Virus record (IMG/VR): IMGVR_UViG_3300033513_000028
Location: 1-39,241 of that record
From: a virus
Lineage: Duplodnaviria > Caudoviricetes
Length of the DNA: 39,241 bases
Direction: 5' to 3' (one strand)
Shown here: in pieces, positions 1-9,047 of the stretch
How positions within the stretch are numbered: the stretch's first letter is position 1
Layout of the letters: the number at the start of each line of letters is the position of its first letter
Notes under the pieces: generated by a model
Told to the model about the DNA's origin: nothing
Databases searched by the model: none
Seen by the model: only the letters and a program-made list of their open reading frames with translations
Translations under genes and position numbers: made by a program

Positions 1-527
1 TCCTCGTCGGGCATATCGTCGGGCGCGTAGTCTCCCGCCGCCAGATGGGTCAAGCCGCACTCCTCGTCAGGGCCGACCCACTCGGCCAGCGTCTCGATAG
101 CCCAGGCGGCCTCGTCAGGCATGGCGGATAGGGCGTCCAGCAACTCCGGGGTATCCCAACACCAGTCTGGCGAAATAGCCACCAGGCCAGCGAAAGCCCT
201 TTTGCGATAGTCGAAGCCCGATGCTTGGTGTAGAATTTCCGCCAGGAGATTATGAGAGGCCCAATTCAACTCCGCCCCCCACAAACTCGCATATCGCAAA
301 TTCGCGCCCCTTAGACTCGTGAGGCGCAAATTCGCGCCCCGCAAGTCTGCCGATTGAAGATTCGCGCCCACCAAATTCGCAAAGTACAAGTTTGCGCCCT
401 GCAAATCCATCACCCGCAAATCTCGAAACGACCAGTCCAGGCACCTGCCACCATACTCTTCATTCACCCATAGTTCGTGCGCAGTCAGTTCGGCTCGCTC
501 GACCTCAGCCAGTTCTCGCTCGCCCAT
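1..527 (-). CDS. Pentapeptide-repeat protein, paralog 1 (3' end runs off the window)
   Basis: Not in the ORF track; translated by hand from ATG at 527 behind RBS AAAGGAG: MGERELAEVERAELTAHELW...DLQGANLYFANLVGANLQSADLRGANLRLTSLRGANLRYASLWGAELNWASHNLLAEIL...SPDWCWDTPELLDALSAMPDEAAWAIETLAEWVGPDEECGLTHLAAGDYAPDD. About 10 A(D/N)Lxx repeats. Confidence 0.85.
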   Translation of the reverse strand, partial: MGERELAEVERAELTAHELWVNEEYGGRCLDWSFRDLRVMDLQGANLYFANLVGANLQSADLRGANLRLTSLRGANLRYASLWGAELNWASHNLLAEILHQASGFDYRKRAFAGLVAISPDWCWDTPELLDALSAMPDEAAWAIETLAEWVGPDEECGLTHLAAGDYAPDDMPDE

Positions 528-566
528 TGTCTTCTCCTTTCGTAATGATATTGCTTCATATCACGC

Positions 567-848
567 CTAGTCGTCCTCAAACCAGTTCTCCGGGAGTTCG
601 TCATCCCAGTCAGGCGATGGTGGGCGCTCAGGCTTTGGGGCGCAATCTGGACACAGCCAGACTTCCTCGCCCAACTGGCGCTCACGCCATCCGTATTCCC
701 GCAGGACATCCCCGGCGCAATCGCGCTCCGGCTCTATGTTCTGACAAACGACGATGCACCGCCCACAGTCGTGGCACATCACGATCCACGCCTCCTCCGG
801 CGAGGAACTGAATGGACAGCCTACCAACTTAATGTTCTCAGTCATCAT
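567..848 (-). CDS. Cys-rich small hypothetical protein (Lar-like Zn-finger start)
   Basis: GCPF...CHDCG...CPDC motifs; overlaps the next gene by 4 nt (ATGA coupling). Confidence 0.6.
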   Translation of the reverse strand: MMTENIKLVGCPFSSSPEEAWIVMCHDCGRCIVVCQNIEPERDCAGDVLREYGWRERQLGEEVWLCPDCAPKPERPPSPDWDDELPENWFEDD

Positions 849-1198
849 GTCCTCCTATCACGACTATGGTATTTATTGCGCAGCCTGGCGGGCAGAGTTT
901 GGAACCAGACTACCACGCCCACCCATGTGACGTGCAGCCTATAGCGAAGCGCATACCACCAGAAAAGCCCGCGCTTTGGGTTGTTCGGCTCCAATGAGGG
1001 CCGCCCGTTGCGCACAATGTGCGGCTTGCACCATGCCACACGATCCACGAGGCCCTTGTAGTCGCAAGCCTCCCAACAAGAGAGGCAGGCGAACTCCTCG
1101 TCAGGCGGCTCAGACATCGTGCAATCCCCATACGGAACCCATGAGACGAAATTGTCAAACGAGATGAACCGCCCGCAAAATACACAGTTTATCGCCAT
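845..1198 (-). CDS. Cys-rich hypothetical protein
   Basis: CVFC and CLSC motifs; coupled in the leftward operon. Confidence 0.6.
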   Translation of the reverse strand: MAINCVFCGRFISFDNFVSWVPYGDCTMSEPPDEEFACLSCWEACDYKGLVDRVAWCKPHIVRNGRPSLEPNNPKRGLFWWYALRYRLHVTWVGVVVWFQTLPARLRNKYHSRDRRT

Positions 1199-1977
1199 TG
1201 TTCACATCTCCTTATATCACGCCTGCACCCCGGCGTCGGGAATTCTTGAATGCGTTCTCCGTCCAACAGGTCGCCGCCCCACGTATCATCAATGAAGTGG
1301 TTCCCACCGACTTGCTTAAAAAAGAAGGGAACCCCGATGCGGCGGCAGTTATCACGTAACGCCCGCGCCCAATCCAAGTTCATCTGGCGGGCGCCTGGCC
1401 CGCTCTCGCCCCCAACAATAATCCAGTCGAGGGTGCTCAGTGAGATATTCATTGAAGGTTGGCCGACGCTTGAGGAGGTTGTGAACTCCCATCGGATTGG
1501 CGAGAGAAGCGGTTCGATGGACAGAAACCGCACAATCGCTGGGACTTCCAGCAATTGTGGGACTCGCCGGGCCACATCTTCGCTTTCCAGCGTGACGCCA
1601 AGCCAGACGTTTTGCCAGCCGCTCCCCCAATCCTCCGGTAGGCGTTCTAAGATATTCTGTGGCCGCTTCGTGAGCAATTGGTACGTGTGCTGGGGCGTCC
1701 GTCGGATAACCCTCCACGCCTCGCCGCGCCAGGGGTCGGCATCCTCGAGAAAGAAGTCGCTCAACGAGCAGGCGAAAATCCTGCGCGGAGTTTCCCAACG
1801 CTCTGGGGCATGAATTGTTCGCGGGGCTGTCGGGTGAATATCTGTTGGGTCTTGCCCAAATCGCTGCCGCATTCGGAAGGCATAGCAATTCCTGCACCCC
1901 TCCGAAACCTTCCGGCAGCCAACCCAGGGATTCCAGGTGGAATCCGTCCACGAAATTTTTGTCCTCGATCCCATCAC
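1189..1977 (-). CDS. DUF5131 / phage Gp37Gp68 family protein (radical-SAM-like Cys motif)
   Basis: TKISWTDSTWNPWVGCRKVSEGCRNCYA, SLSDFF, QLLTKRP, FLSIEPLL, WIIVGGESGPGAR and FFFKQ are characteristic of the family. Confidence 0.9.
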   Translation of the reverse strand: MMGSRTKISWTDSTWNPWVGCRKVSEGCRNCYAFRMRQRFGQDPTDIHPTAPRTIHAPERWETPRRIFACSLSDFFLEDADPWRGEAWRVIRRTPQHTYQLLTKRPQNILERLPEDWGSGWQNVWLGVTLESEDVARRVPQLLEVPAIVRFLSIEPLLSPIRWEFTTSSSVGQPSMNISLSTLDWIIVGGESGPGARQMNLDWARALRDNCRRIGVPFFFKQVGGNHFIDDTWGGDLLDGERIQEFPTPGCRRDIRRCEQWR

Positions 1978-2059
1978 ATCCTCCTATCAGGTCGGCGGGG
2001 GCGGGTGCTCGGCCCGCCCCCTACAAACGTTTGATGCACGGCCTGGTGGCCGGGGCACC

Positions 2060-2374
2060 CTAGTCAAGCGGGTCGAAATCGTTCCCGCCCTGAATGCGCT
2101 CGCACTCCCGTGCGATAAGCGCCGCGCGGGCCTTCGCCCCCCAGATGACCTCACCGTCCGGGGCGTCAAACTCGCGCATGATGGCCTGCCAGGCGGCCTC
2201 TACCGTGATGTGGTCGCTCTTCACCATGCCGAGGGTCATCCTCACGAACTCCCCCCGCGCCTGGCGCGCCTCTGCGATGGTAGCGCGCTCTTCCAAAATG
2301 GCGGCGCGCTCTTCCTCTTCATGTTGGGCGCTGTCCTCAGCCTGGTCGTTCCAAAATAGATTATGATCCTGCAT
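2060..2374 (-). CDS. Hypothetical protein, first gene of the leftward arm
   Basis: RBS GAGGAGGT before the ATG; acidic helical 104 aa. Confidence 0.65.
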   Translation of the reverse strand: MQDHNLFWNDQAEDSAQHEEEERAAILEERATIAEARQARGEFVRMTLGMVKSDHITVEAAWQAIMREFDAPDGEVIWGAKARAALIARECERIQGGNDFDPLD

Positions 2375-2427
2375 TGTGACCTCCTCGCCGCCTCTTGTGC
2401 GCGGGCGGCAGCGCGCATCCTATATAC

Positions 2428-2567
2428 AGTATACACCCCCGCCGCGAGTCCTGGCATTACCGAATGTCACTATTCTGACTATGACGTGTCATCGTTTTTT
2501 CGATTACGTGTCATAGCCAAAACAGTGACATCCAGTACTGCCTGAAAAGCCCATTCGGGTGTATGAT
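2428..2567. promoter_or_regulatory. Divergent promoter region with operator-like repeats
   Basis: Leftward -10 TATACT (2428-2433) and rightward -10 TATGAT (2562-2567), both in a GGGTGTAT context. TGTCA at 2465, 2487 and 2509 (22-bp period). Near-palindrome ATGACGTGTCAT at 2481-2492 and ATTACGTGTCAT at 2503-2514. Confidence 0.6.
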
Positions 2568-2614
2568 ATGTGCAGAATGTACGATGAAAATAGACAGATA
2601 GAAGGGAGACGATC

Positions 2615-3622
2615 ATGCCTGATAATGACAAGGCGCTGGCGCTGACGCCGCGCACCATTCAAGAGGGGCTGGCGCTTGCCGACCAGCTCGTGAAGTCCGG
2701 GCTACTGCCCGCGCACGTCAAAACTGCGCAGCAGGTGTTTGCACTCATTACGATGGGCGCAGAACTTGGAGTGGGGACGTGGGCGGCCATTCTCGGCATT
2801 AGTGTTATCCAGGGGAAGCCGACCCCATCTCCGCAGCTCATGTTGGCACTCATTCACCGCTCTAAATTGTTGGAGAATTTCGAGATGCCGGAGCATACTG
2901 CCGAGCGGTGTACGATTGTCGTCACCCGGCGCGGCCAAAGCCCCGTCACATTCACATTTACAATGGAAGATGCGGCGGCGCTTGGCCTTGCCGGAAAGGA
3001 CAATTACAAAAAGCAACCCGCGACCATGCTGCAATGGCGCTGTATTTCAGCGATGGCCCGCGTCGTATTCCCGGACGTGTTGCATGGATTTTCGTATACG
3101 CCAGAGGAAATTGACCCTGATTTGGCCGTAGACGAAAACGGCGCGGTCGTGGTTGCCGAAGCGGTCGTTTCTGATATGGACTATTCTGAGGTTACCCCCG
3201 CCGAACGTGAGGCGGAACTAGAGCCAGGCATGATTGCCCCGCCGGGGGACGACGATGAGGAGCGCGGCCCGCTCGCGGCGGCGTTCGCTACCTACGTGGC
3301 GGAATACGAGGCGGATCCGACCAAATTCTCCGCCCCAACGGTAACGGAATCGGCAATCACGCACGAGGAGTTCATCGGCGCCGACATTTTCCCCCGCGAG
3401 TTGGGGGATACATTCTTCAATCAAATCGGGAAGTGCCGAACCGCCGCCATTCGTGATGCGCGGCTCATTTTCGTATCGGCGCTGGCAGAAACGCCAATCA
3501 ATAGCTACAAGGAATTGACGGACGCGCAACGCTACGCACTGGCGAAGGCCTACAAGGGGCTTGGTGAGCGCGGAACATTAAAAGCCGCTATCGAGGCGGC
3601 GCTGGAAGGGAAGGCGATATGA
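2615..3622 (+). CDS. RecT-like single-strand annealing/recombination protein
   Basis: GAELG...ISVIQGKP...LMLALI...FTMEDAAALGLAGKDNYKKQPATMLQWR...ARVVFPD pattern typical of phage RecT-like proteins; good RBS. Confidence 0.7.
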   Translation: MPDNDKALALTPRTIQEGLALADQLVKSGLLPAHVKTAQQVFALITMGAELGVGTWAAILGISVIQGKPTPSPQLMLALIHRSKLLENFEMPEHTAERCTIVVTRRGQSPVTFTFTMEDAAALGLAGKDNYKKQPATMLQWRCISAMARVVFPDVLHGFSYTPEEIDPDLAVDENGAVVVAEAVVSDMDYSEVTPAEREAELEPGMIAPPGDDDEERGPLAAAFATYVAEYEADPTKFSAPTVTESAITHEEFIGADIFPRELGDTFFNQIGKCRTAAIRDARLIFVSALAETPINSYKELTDAQRYALAKAYKGLGERGTLKAAIEAALEGKAI

Positions 3623-3828
3623 GTAGCAGAACCAACGGGCGGCGAAGGTCGCGCCTGAGCAACATGGCGGATACGATGCGCTGGCTCAACGGTCTGATAG
3701 ACCGCGAGCCGGTCGTCAACATGCCGCCGCGCAGTAAGACGACGATGGAGATAGAGGTCAAGGCAGTGCGGAGAGCACTGCCTCACATTGTAGAACCGTG
3801 GGACTACGAGAGGCCCGGCAATGAGTGA
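3619..3828 (+). CDS. Hypothetical protein
   Basis: Overlaps both neighbours in the operon. Confidence 0.5.
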   Translation: MSSRTNGRRRSRLSNMADTMRWLNGLIDREPVVNMPPRSKTTMEIEVKAVRRALPHIVEPWDYERPGNE

Positions 3829-4327
3829 TACACTGGCGGAACTTGCCTCCGAATACGAGTTCACCCCGGCGGGGTTGCATATCCCGCCGGGCCTCCCCTT
3901 CGCAGATTGGGAGGCACTTGGGCGTAGACTGGTTGTCATGCACGACGCGATCCAGTGGGCCATTGCGGACTGGCTGGCCTATGGAGAACGTGAATATGGC
4001 GAGCAGTACGCCCAGGCGATAGACGTTTTGGGATTGTCCTACCAGACCCTGGCGAACTACGCCTGGGTCGGGCGGGCTTTTGAAAGTTCCCGGCGACGGG
4101 AAAGTTTGACTTTCAGTCACCATGCGGAAGTGGCGGGGCTGCCAACCGAGGCCCAGGATGCACTCCTGAGCGAAGCGGAGGCAGCCATCGCCAACGACGG
4201 CCACGCGCTCTCTACGGCGTGGTTGCGAGAAGAGGCCCGCCGCATTCGGGGCGGGAATGGCTCTTCGGTAGCATCCGTCACGTACACGTGCCCGGCGTGC
4301 GGGCACACGTGGCGAGTAGAAAAGTGA
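3821..4327 (+). CDS. LmbU-like DNA-binding protein with C-terminal Zn ribbon
   Basis: W-x-I-x-DWLAYGE..YGEQY..AI...GLSYQTLANYAWV.R.FE.SRRRE.L.FSHHAEVA matches the LmbU-family core; CPACG at the end. Confidence 0.7.
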   Translation: MSDTLAELASEYEFTPAGLHIPPGLPFADWEALGRRLVVMHDAIQWAIADWLAYGEREYGEQYAQAIDVLGLSYQTLANYAWVGRAFESSRRRESLTFSHHAEVAGLPTEAQDALLSEAEAAIANDGHALSTAWLREEARRIRGGNGSSVASVTYTCPACGHTWRVEK

Positions 4328-4333
4328 GGAGTT

Positions 4334-4588
4334 ATGAATACAGAAGCCGAAAGCAAGTTCATTTCGGTTGATCCAAACGTCCGGGGCGGCGTTCCTCATA
4401 TCGTGGGAACGCGCCTGACGGTTGCGGATATCCTGTGGGCGCTTGCCGCCGACCCGGCGACGGCCAATGTGGTACAACGTGAGTACCCGCAACTCCACAA
4501 CTGGGAGATACTGACGGCGCTCGAATGGGCCGCCGCCGACTTGGAGTACATCTATGACCAATCACAAGAAACCGCCGACGGCGAATGA
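4334..4588 (+). CDS. DUF433 domain protein
   Basis: ISVDPNVRGGVPHIVGTRLTVADIL...EYPQL...I..AL.WA signature. Confidence 0.85.
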   Translation: MNTEAESKFISVDPNVRGGVPHIVGTRLTVADILWALAADPATANVVQREYPQLHNWEILTALEWAAADLEYIYDQSQETADGE

Positions 4589-4808
4589 CACTCAGGAGGC
4601 CCAGGAGGCGGCCCTGATTGCCCAACTCGCGGCGGCGATTGCCGCCAAACATCGTTGGGGCGATGATGACCATCCCAGGGCCGGGGAGTGCCGCGAGTGC
4701 GGTGGCCCTGGCTACACCGTGAGGTGTCGTTTGGATGATGGGACGATTGCTCTGGTATGCCCGCGCTGCGGACACATGGAAATCCTAGAGCCGGAGAAAC
4801 CAAAATGA
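4554..4808 (+). CDS. Zn-ribbon hypothetical protein
   Basis: CRECG...CPRCG motifs. Confidence 0.55.
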   Translation: MTNHKKPPTANDTQEAQEAALIAQLAAAIAAKHRWGDDDHPRAGECRECGGPGYTVRCRLDDGTIALVCPRCGHMEILEPEKPK

Positions 4809-5710
4809 ATCAGCGCGAATTTCTGGCTTGGATGCACACCGCCAACCAGCGCGTCAGTGTCCTCTTGGCTTTCGTGGATATGGCTGGCGATCTCGCAGCT
4901 GGGGTTTTGCTCTCTCAAATCGTGTATTGGCACACGCCGACCTCGGAGGGGCAATCCCGGCTGCGGGTGCAGCACGATGGGCACTACTGGCTCGCCAAAG
5001 CGCACGATGAATGGTGGGGAGAATGCCGCCTCACCGCGAAGCAGGCGCGGCGATGTATTGCCGCCCTGGAAGCGAAGGGGTTGATTGTGGCCTGTGTTTG
5101 GCAATTCGCTGGAGCGCCGACCACACACGTGCGGCTAGACTGGCCGCGCTTTTTGGATGCCTGGGAGCAGCAACTGTATTCCCCAACCGAGATTTCGATT
5201 TGCCCCCCAGGGCAGAACGATTTGCCCGTAGGGGCAGAACGATTTGCCCCCCAGGACAGAACCATAACAGATACTACAGCAAAGACTACTACAGATAAAG
5301 AGCTAGCTGGCGGGCACCCACAAATCGCCTCCGATTTTGGGAAACCATTCCCAACCTCGGAAGAGCGCGGAGATGTTGATCCAATCGTGCGGGCGTGGGA
5401 ACGGGCGTTCGGGCCAGCATCGGGGGCAGCGTTAAAGAAAATTGCGGTGTGGGAAGAGCGGTTCGGGCGAGCCGAAGTGCTCCTCGCGCTTACACTCACG
5501 GCGACCCGCAAGGGCCACACGGAAAATTATACCGCCACTATCCTGGAGCGCCGCAAGGAGCAGGGCCTGAAAGACGGCGAGCCGGAGACATTCGAAGGGA
5601 GAAAAGCCAATGGGAAACCGACCACAGAACATTCCAGAGGTGCTATCACGGATGAACTCGCGGACGCAATCAACGCCGCGCATAGCGCAGCCAGGGCCAG
5701 TCGCGAGTGA
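4805..5710 (+). CDS. Phage replication initiator (lambda O-like / DnaD-like)
   Basis: N-terminal winged-helix pattern (AGVLLSQIVYW...WLAK..DEW..ECRLT.KQ.RR....LE.KGLI), iteron-bearing linker and TITDTT motif; precedes the DnaC-like loader. Start taken at ATG 4805. Confidence 0.75.
   Translation: MNQREFLAWMHTANQRVSVLLAFVDMAGDLAAGVLLSQIVYWHTPTSEGQSRLRVQHDGHYWLAKAHDEWWGECRLTAKQARRCIAALEAKGLIVACVWQFAGAPTTHVRLDWPRFLDAWEQQLYSPTEISICPPGQNDLPVGAERFAPQDRTITDTTAKTTTDKELAGGHPQIASDFGKPFPTSEERGDVDPIVRAWERAFGPASGAALKKIAVWEERFGRAEVLLALTLTATRKGHTENYTATILERRKEQGLKDGEPETFEGRKANGKPTTEHSRGAITDELADAINAAHSAARASRE
5196..5261 (+). repeat. Three 22-bp iterons, likely replication origin inside the initiator gene
   Basis: cgatttgccccccagggcagaa (5196), cgatttgcccgtaggggcagaa (5218) and cgatttgccccccaggacagaa (5240), followed by an A-rich tract. 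Confidence 0.75.
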
Positions 5711-6479
5711 GGTCGAACGTGCGGTCTGGCAGCGCGAACGGGAAGCGGTACTGGCGCTTCGTGACCGGATCGCCAACAACCCCACCACCGCAGCTGTGCA
5801 TGGAGGGGACGGCGATTTGTGGTGTGACGAGTGTCTTGGCATAGGCTGGCTCCGCACCGGCGACGGGCAGTTGGTGCCGTGCGAATGTACCGCCCCAAAG
5901 AGGGCGGCCCGGCTTGACGCGATCTCCGGCCTGCTACCCAACGAGCGCCTGGTCACGTTCGCCGACATCGTAGGCGATCCTGCGCAGGGGATTGCGGCGC
6001 GGATGCGGGAGTTTGTGCTCGCCGGGCGGGGCTGGTTCACCGTCTACGGTGGGCCAGGCAATGCCAAAACGACCATGTTGCAGGCCGCCTGCAACCTCTA
6101 CCGCGAGCAGTTCCGCGATGTGGCGGTGTACGTGCGCTTCGCCGACCTGCTGGAATGGGTGCGGGATGGATTCAACGAGGACGCGCCCTCGGAGCGGGCA
6201 AGCGCCCGCCTGGAGCAAATCAAGACCGCATCCGTGTTGGCGATTGACGAGTTTGAGAAAATCAATACCACGAAGTGGGCGGAAGAGGTGCGCTTCCGGC
6301 TCCTAGACGACCGCTACCGTTACGGCCTGGACGGGTCGGCGCGGACGCTGACGCTGTTTGCGATGAACTGCGCACCGGAGGCGCTGCCGGAATGGGTGAG
6401 CAGTCGTATGCGTGACGGGCGGTTCGTCTGTGTGGAGAACGCGCAGCCCGACGCCCGCCCCCGCTTAAGAATGGAGTGA
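5610..6479 (+). CDS. DnaC/IstB-like AAA+ helicase loader
   Basis: CDEC..G...PCEC Zn motif, Walker A variant GGPGNAKT, Walker B LAIDE, LLDDRY, SRMRD. Exact start uncertain. Confidence 0.85.
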   Translation: MGNRPQNIPEVLSRMNSRTQSTPRIAQPGPVASEVERAVWQREREAVLALRDRIANNPTTAAVHGGDGDLWCDECLGIGWLRTGDGQLVPCECTAPKRAARLDAISGLLPNERLVTFADIVGDPAQGIAARMREFVLAGRGWFTVYGGPGNAKTTMLQAACNLYREQFRDVAVYVRFADLLEWVRDGFNEDAPSERASARLEQIKTASVLAIDEFEKINTTKWAEEVRFRLLDDRYRYGLDGSARTLTLFAMNCAPEALPEWVSSRMRDGRFVCVENAQPDARPRLRME

Positions 6480-6811
6480 TGACAATGGAAACCTGTAGGC
6501 GCTGTGAGAAGCGCGAGCCATGCCAGGCGCAGTACAACGTCGCGCCCTGGCTCCCGGCGTTGTGTGAAAAAACGGAAGAGGAGTGCGGAATTTCACCATT
6601 GCCAGTGAGCGGCGCGGATGGGTGGTTGGAATTTACGACTGAGCCGCTACGCAGCGCTCCCGATCCACTATGGGACGCGCCGGGCACGTTCCGAGAGAAA
6701 CGACGGCTCACGCCGGAGCAACTGGCGCATCACAAGCGGCAATGGGTCGAGGGCGAATGTGATATAGAGGACGGGTGCTATCCCGGCGAGTACCGGGAAG
6801 AAGGGTGGTGA
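6476..6811 (+). CDS. Cys-rich hypothetical protein
   Basis: Coupled by GTGA overlap; CRRC..C motif. Confidence 0.55.
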   Translation: MMTMETCRRCEKREPCQAQYNVAPWLPALCEKTEEECGISPLPVSGADGWLEFTTEPLRSAPDPLWDAPGTFREKRRLTPEQLAHHKRQWVEGECDIEDGCYPGEYREEGW

Positions 6812-6813
6812 AC

Positions 6814-7368
6814 ATGGCTGAGACTATCGGGGTTGCGATAGACCCCAACACGCGACGTACTGGACTGGTGCTATGGCGCGGGCCGACCCCGGCAGAGTGG
6901 CGGGTTATCGAGACGGCGAAGGCGGACGGCCCCCGCTATTGGTTGGCAATGGCGAAGGAAATCACCACCGCGCTGGAAGGGGTATTTTTCTCTACATCTT
7001 CTCCGTTTTGTTGGGTTGCGTGCGAAGGGCTGTACCTTCCCAGGGGGGAAAATCGGAATGTAGCGACATTCGAAACGCTCGCTCGGCTCGTAGGCACGAT
7101 TGAATACTGGTGCTATCGGTATGGCATCACCTATTTAGAAGGGACAACCGCAGAAATCAACGCGGCGATTGGCTTCCCGGCCCGCATGAGGCGCGACGCG
7201 CGTGAGCGCGACCTGCTGGCGTATGCAAGGCCGCGCCTAAAATCTAGGGCGCCCGCCGAATTGTCGGTAGACGAGGCGGCAGCCTACGCCGTTGGCGTAT
7301 GGGCGCTCAGGCAGCTGGAGCGCCGGGCGTTGGCGGGGGAAGGGGGAACGAGTGGTGAGCAGGGATAA
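6814..7368 (+). CDS. RuvC-like Holliday junction resolvase
   Basis: GVAIDPNTRRTG, VACEG and C-terminal DEAAAYAV give the RNase H-fold RuvC layout. Confidence 0.7.
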   Translation: MAETIGVAIDPNTRRTGLVLWRGPTPAEWRVIETAKADGPRYWLAMAKEITTALEGVFFSTSSPFCWVACEGLYLPRGENRNVATFETLARLVGTIEYWCYRYGITYLEGTTAEINAAIGFPARMRRDARERDLLAYARPRLKSRAPAELSVDEAAAYAVGVWALRQLERRALAGEGGTSGEQG

Positions 7369-8299
7369 CGGCAACGGCAACAACGGCCTTCGCACCGCCC
7401 CAAAGCAGGGGCGCTCCCCGCTTACGTGGTTCGGCGGGAAGGGGAATTTTCTCGCCAAGCTCTTGCCCCTCGTGCCACCCCACACGTCCTATTGCGAACC
7501 ATTCGCCGGGGCGGCGGCGCTCTTTTTCGCCAAAGCACCGGCCCCGATAGAAACTCTAAACGATTTGAATGGCGACTTGATCCACTTCTACAAAGTGCTG
7601 CGAGACCCGACCCTATACCCCGAATTGCAGCGCCGATTGGAGTTGACGCTATACAGCCGCCAAGAATACTACGAGGCGCGAGCGACGTGGCGTGAGATAG
7701 CCGACCCTGTAGAGCGGGCGGCGCGGTGGTTTGTTGTCAACAGAATGAGTTTTGGTGGGCGCTTTGGTTCGGGCTGGGGATATGGTACGCATGATATAGT
7801 GGGTGGCGGATATGTTGGACAAAGTCGCACGTGGCTTTTTGCAATAGACAATGTTCTCCCCGCCGCTCACGCCCGCCTGCGCCAAGCGCAAATCGAATGC
7901 GCCGATTGGCGAAAGGTGCTCGTTGCGCACGACGGCCCAAACTGCTTTTTCTACTGCGATCCACCCTATGTGTTGGGCACGCGCCGGGCTGGTGGTTATG
8001 CCCACGAGATGACCGACGACGACCACTGCGAGTTCGTGGCGGTGTTGCAAACGCTCGCGGGGATGGTACTCGTGTCGGGCTATGCTCACCCCATTTACGA
8101 CCCGCTCGTGACGGCGGGGTGGGAACGCCTGGACTATGAGACAGGGTGCTTTGCGGCGGGGCGGACACGAGCCTCAGGATTGATAGGGACTGGTGCGGCC
8201 TTGCGCGACCAGTCCCGCACCGAGACATTATGGCTTAACCCGGCGCTACAAAAGGCGCTAGGACGCGGGCGGCAATTAACCCTGCCGGGGGTGGAATGA
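7352..8299 (+). CDS. dam: DNA adenine methyltransferase (Dam/D12 class)
   Basis: WFGGK, YCEPFAG, NDLN, YCDPPY and ETLWLN motifs; GTG start approximate. Confidence 0.9.
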   Translation: MVSRDNGNGNNGLRTAPKQGRSPLTWFGGKGNFLAKLLPLVPPHTSYCEPFAGAAALFFAKAPAPIETLNDLNGDLIHFYKVLRDPTLYPELQRRLELTLYSRQEYYEARATWREIADPVERAARWFVVNRMSFGGRFGSGWGYGTHDIVGGGYVGQSRTWLFAIDNVLPAAHARLRQAQIECADWRKVLVAHDGPNCFFYCDPPYVLGTRRAGGYAHEMTDDDHCEFVAVLQTLAGMVLVSGYAHPIYDPLVTAGWERLDYETGCFAAGRTRASGLIGTGAALRDQSRTETLWLNPALQKALGRGRQLTLPGVE

Positions 8300-8300
8300 T

Positions 8301-9035
8301 ATGCGGAAACTAATCATGCTGGTGGTAGGGTTGCTGTTTGGCGCGGGGTTGCTATTCCCGTCGCCGTGCGCGGCGCAACTCGCGCGACCCGCCAGTCTCT
8401 CTCCCTATTGGGGATGGGGTATTTTGCAATGGGAAGAACTCATCCTCCGCCACGCCGCGCGCGGGAACCTTGACCCGGATTTCTTGGCGGCCCTGGTGTG
8501 GCGCGAATCGGGGGGGAATGCGGATGAAGTCAGCTACGCCGGGGCGGTAGGGCTGATGCAGGTGATGCCCTACGAGTTGGGATTCCTCGTACGCCCGACC
8601 GGCGCGGAACTGCTCGATCCTGACGTGAACCTATCTGAGGGCGTCCGCATTCTGCGCTTCGCCCTCGACATGGCGCACGGCGATCCATTCCGCGCTCTGG
8701 CGCTCTACAACGGTGGCTCGCAATTCGAGCACACCAACGAGGCGCGGGGGTATGCGCGGGGCGTCATCGAGTTGTATATGATGGCGCTTGCGGAGCGGAG
8801 CGGCTATGATTATCGTGATGTAGAGGCGTTCGGGCTGGTATTCCAGGTGCAGGGATTGCCTCCTGGCCAGAACGCCGCGACGATTTTTGCTCCGGGGCGG
8901 GCGACAATCTGGCAGCAGGTAGCGCCCGGCGAAGTGGTGGATGCTGTGGGCACGGTGCTCTACAGCACGGTAGACGAGTACGGGGTGCCCTGGCGGGTGG
9001 TGACGTGGTTGCTGCCCAACGCGGGCATTCCGTAG
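8301..9035 (+). CDS. Lytic transglycosylase (SLT domain) with signal peptide
   Basis: Signal peptide MRKLIMLVVGLLFGAG...CAA; ALVWRESGG...GAVGLMQVMP...ALALYNGG SLT motifs. Confidence 0.85.
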   Translation: MRKLIMLVVGLLFGAGLLFPSPCAAQLARPASLSPYWGWGILQWEELILRHAARGNLDPDFLAALVWRESGGNADEVSYAGAVGLMQVMPYELGFLVRPTGAELLDPDVNLSEGVRILRFALDMAHGDPFRALALYNGGSQFEHTNEARGYARGVIELYMMALAERSGYDYRDVEAFGLVFQVQGLPPGQNAATIFAPGRATIWQQVAPGEVVDAVGTVLYSTVDEYGVPWRVVTWLLPNAGIP

Positions 9036-9047
9036 AGGAGAAGGACA

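Noticed and set aside
1997-2052. Two GC hairpins between leftward genes as a pistol/twister ribozyme or terminator
   Set aside because: No catalytic core consensus and no U-tract; probably mRNA stability hairpins.
2376-2420. HDV-like ribozyme (CCUCCUCGC)
   Set aside because: No P3 pairing; the motif is simply the complement of the leftward RBS.
5196-5261. CRISPR mini-array
   Set aside because: The repeats are contiguous with no spacers and lie within a coding gene; they fit iterons.
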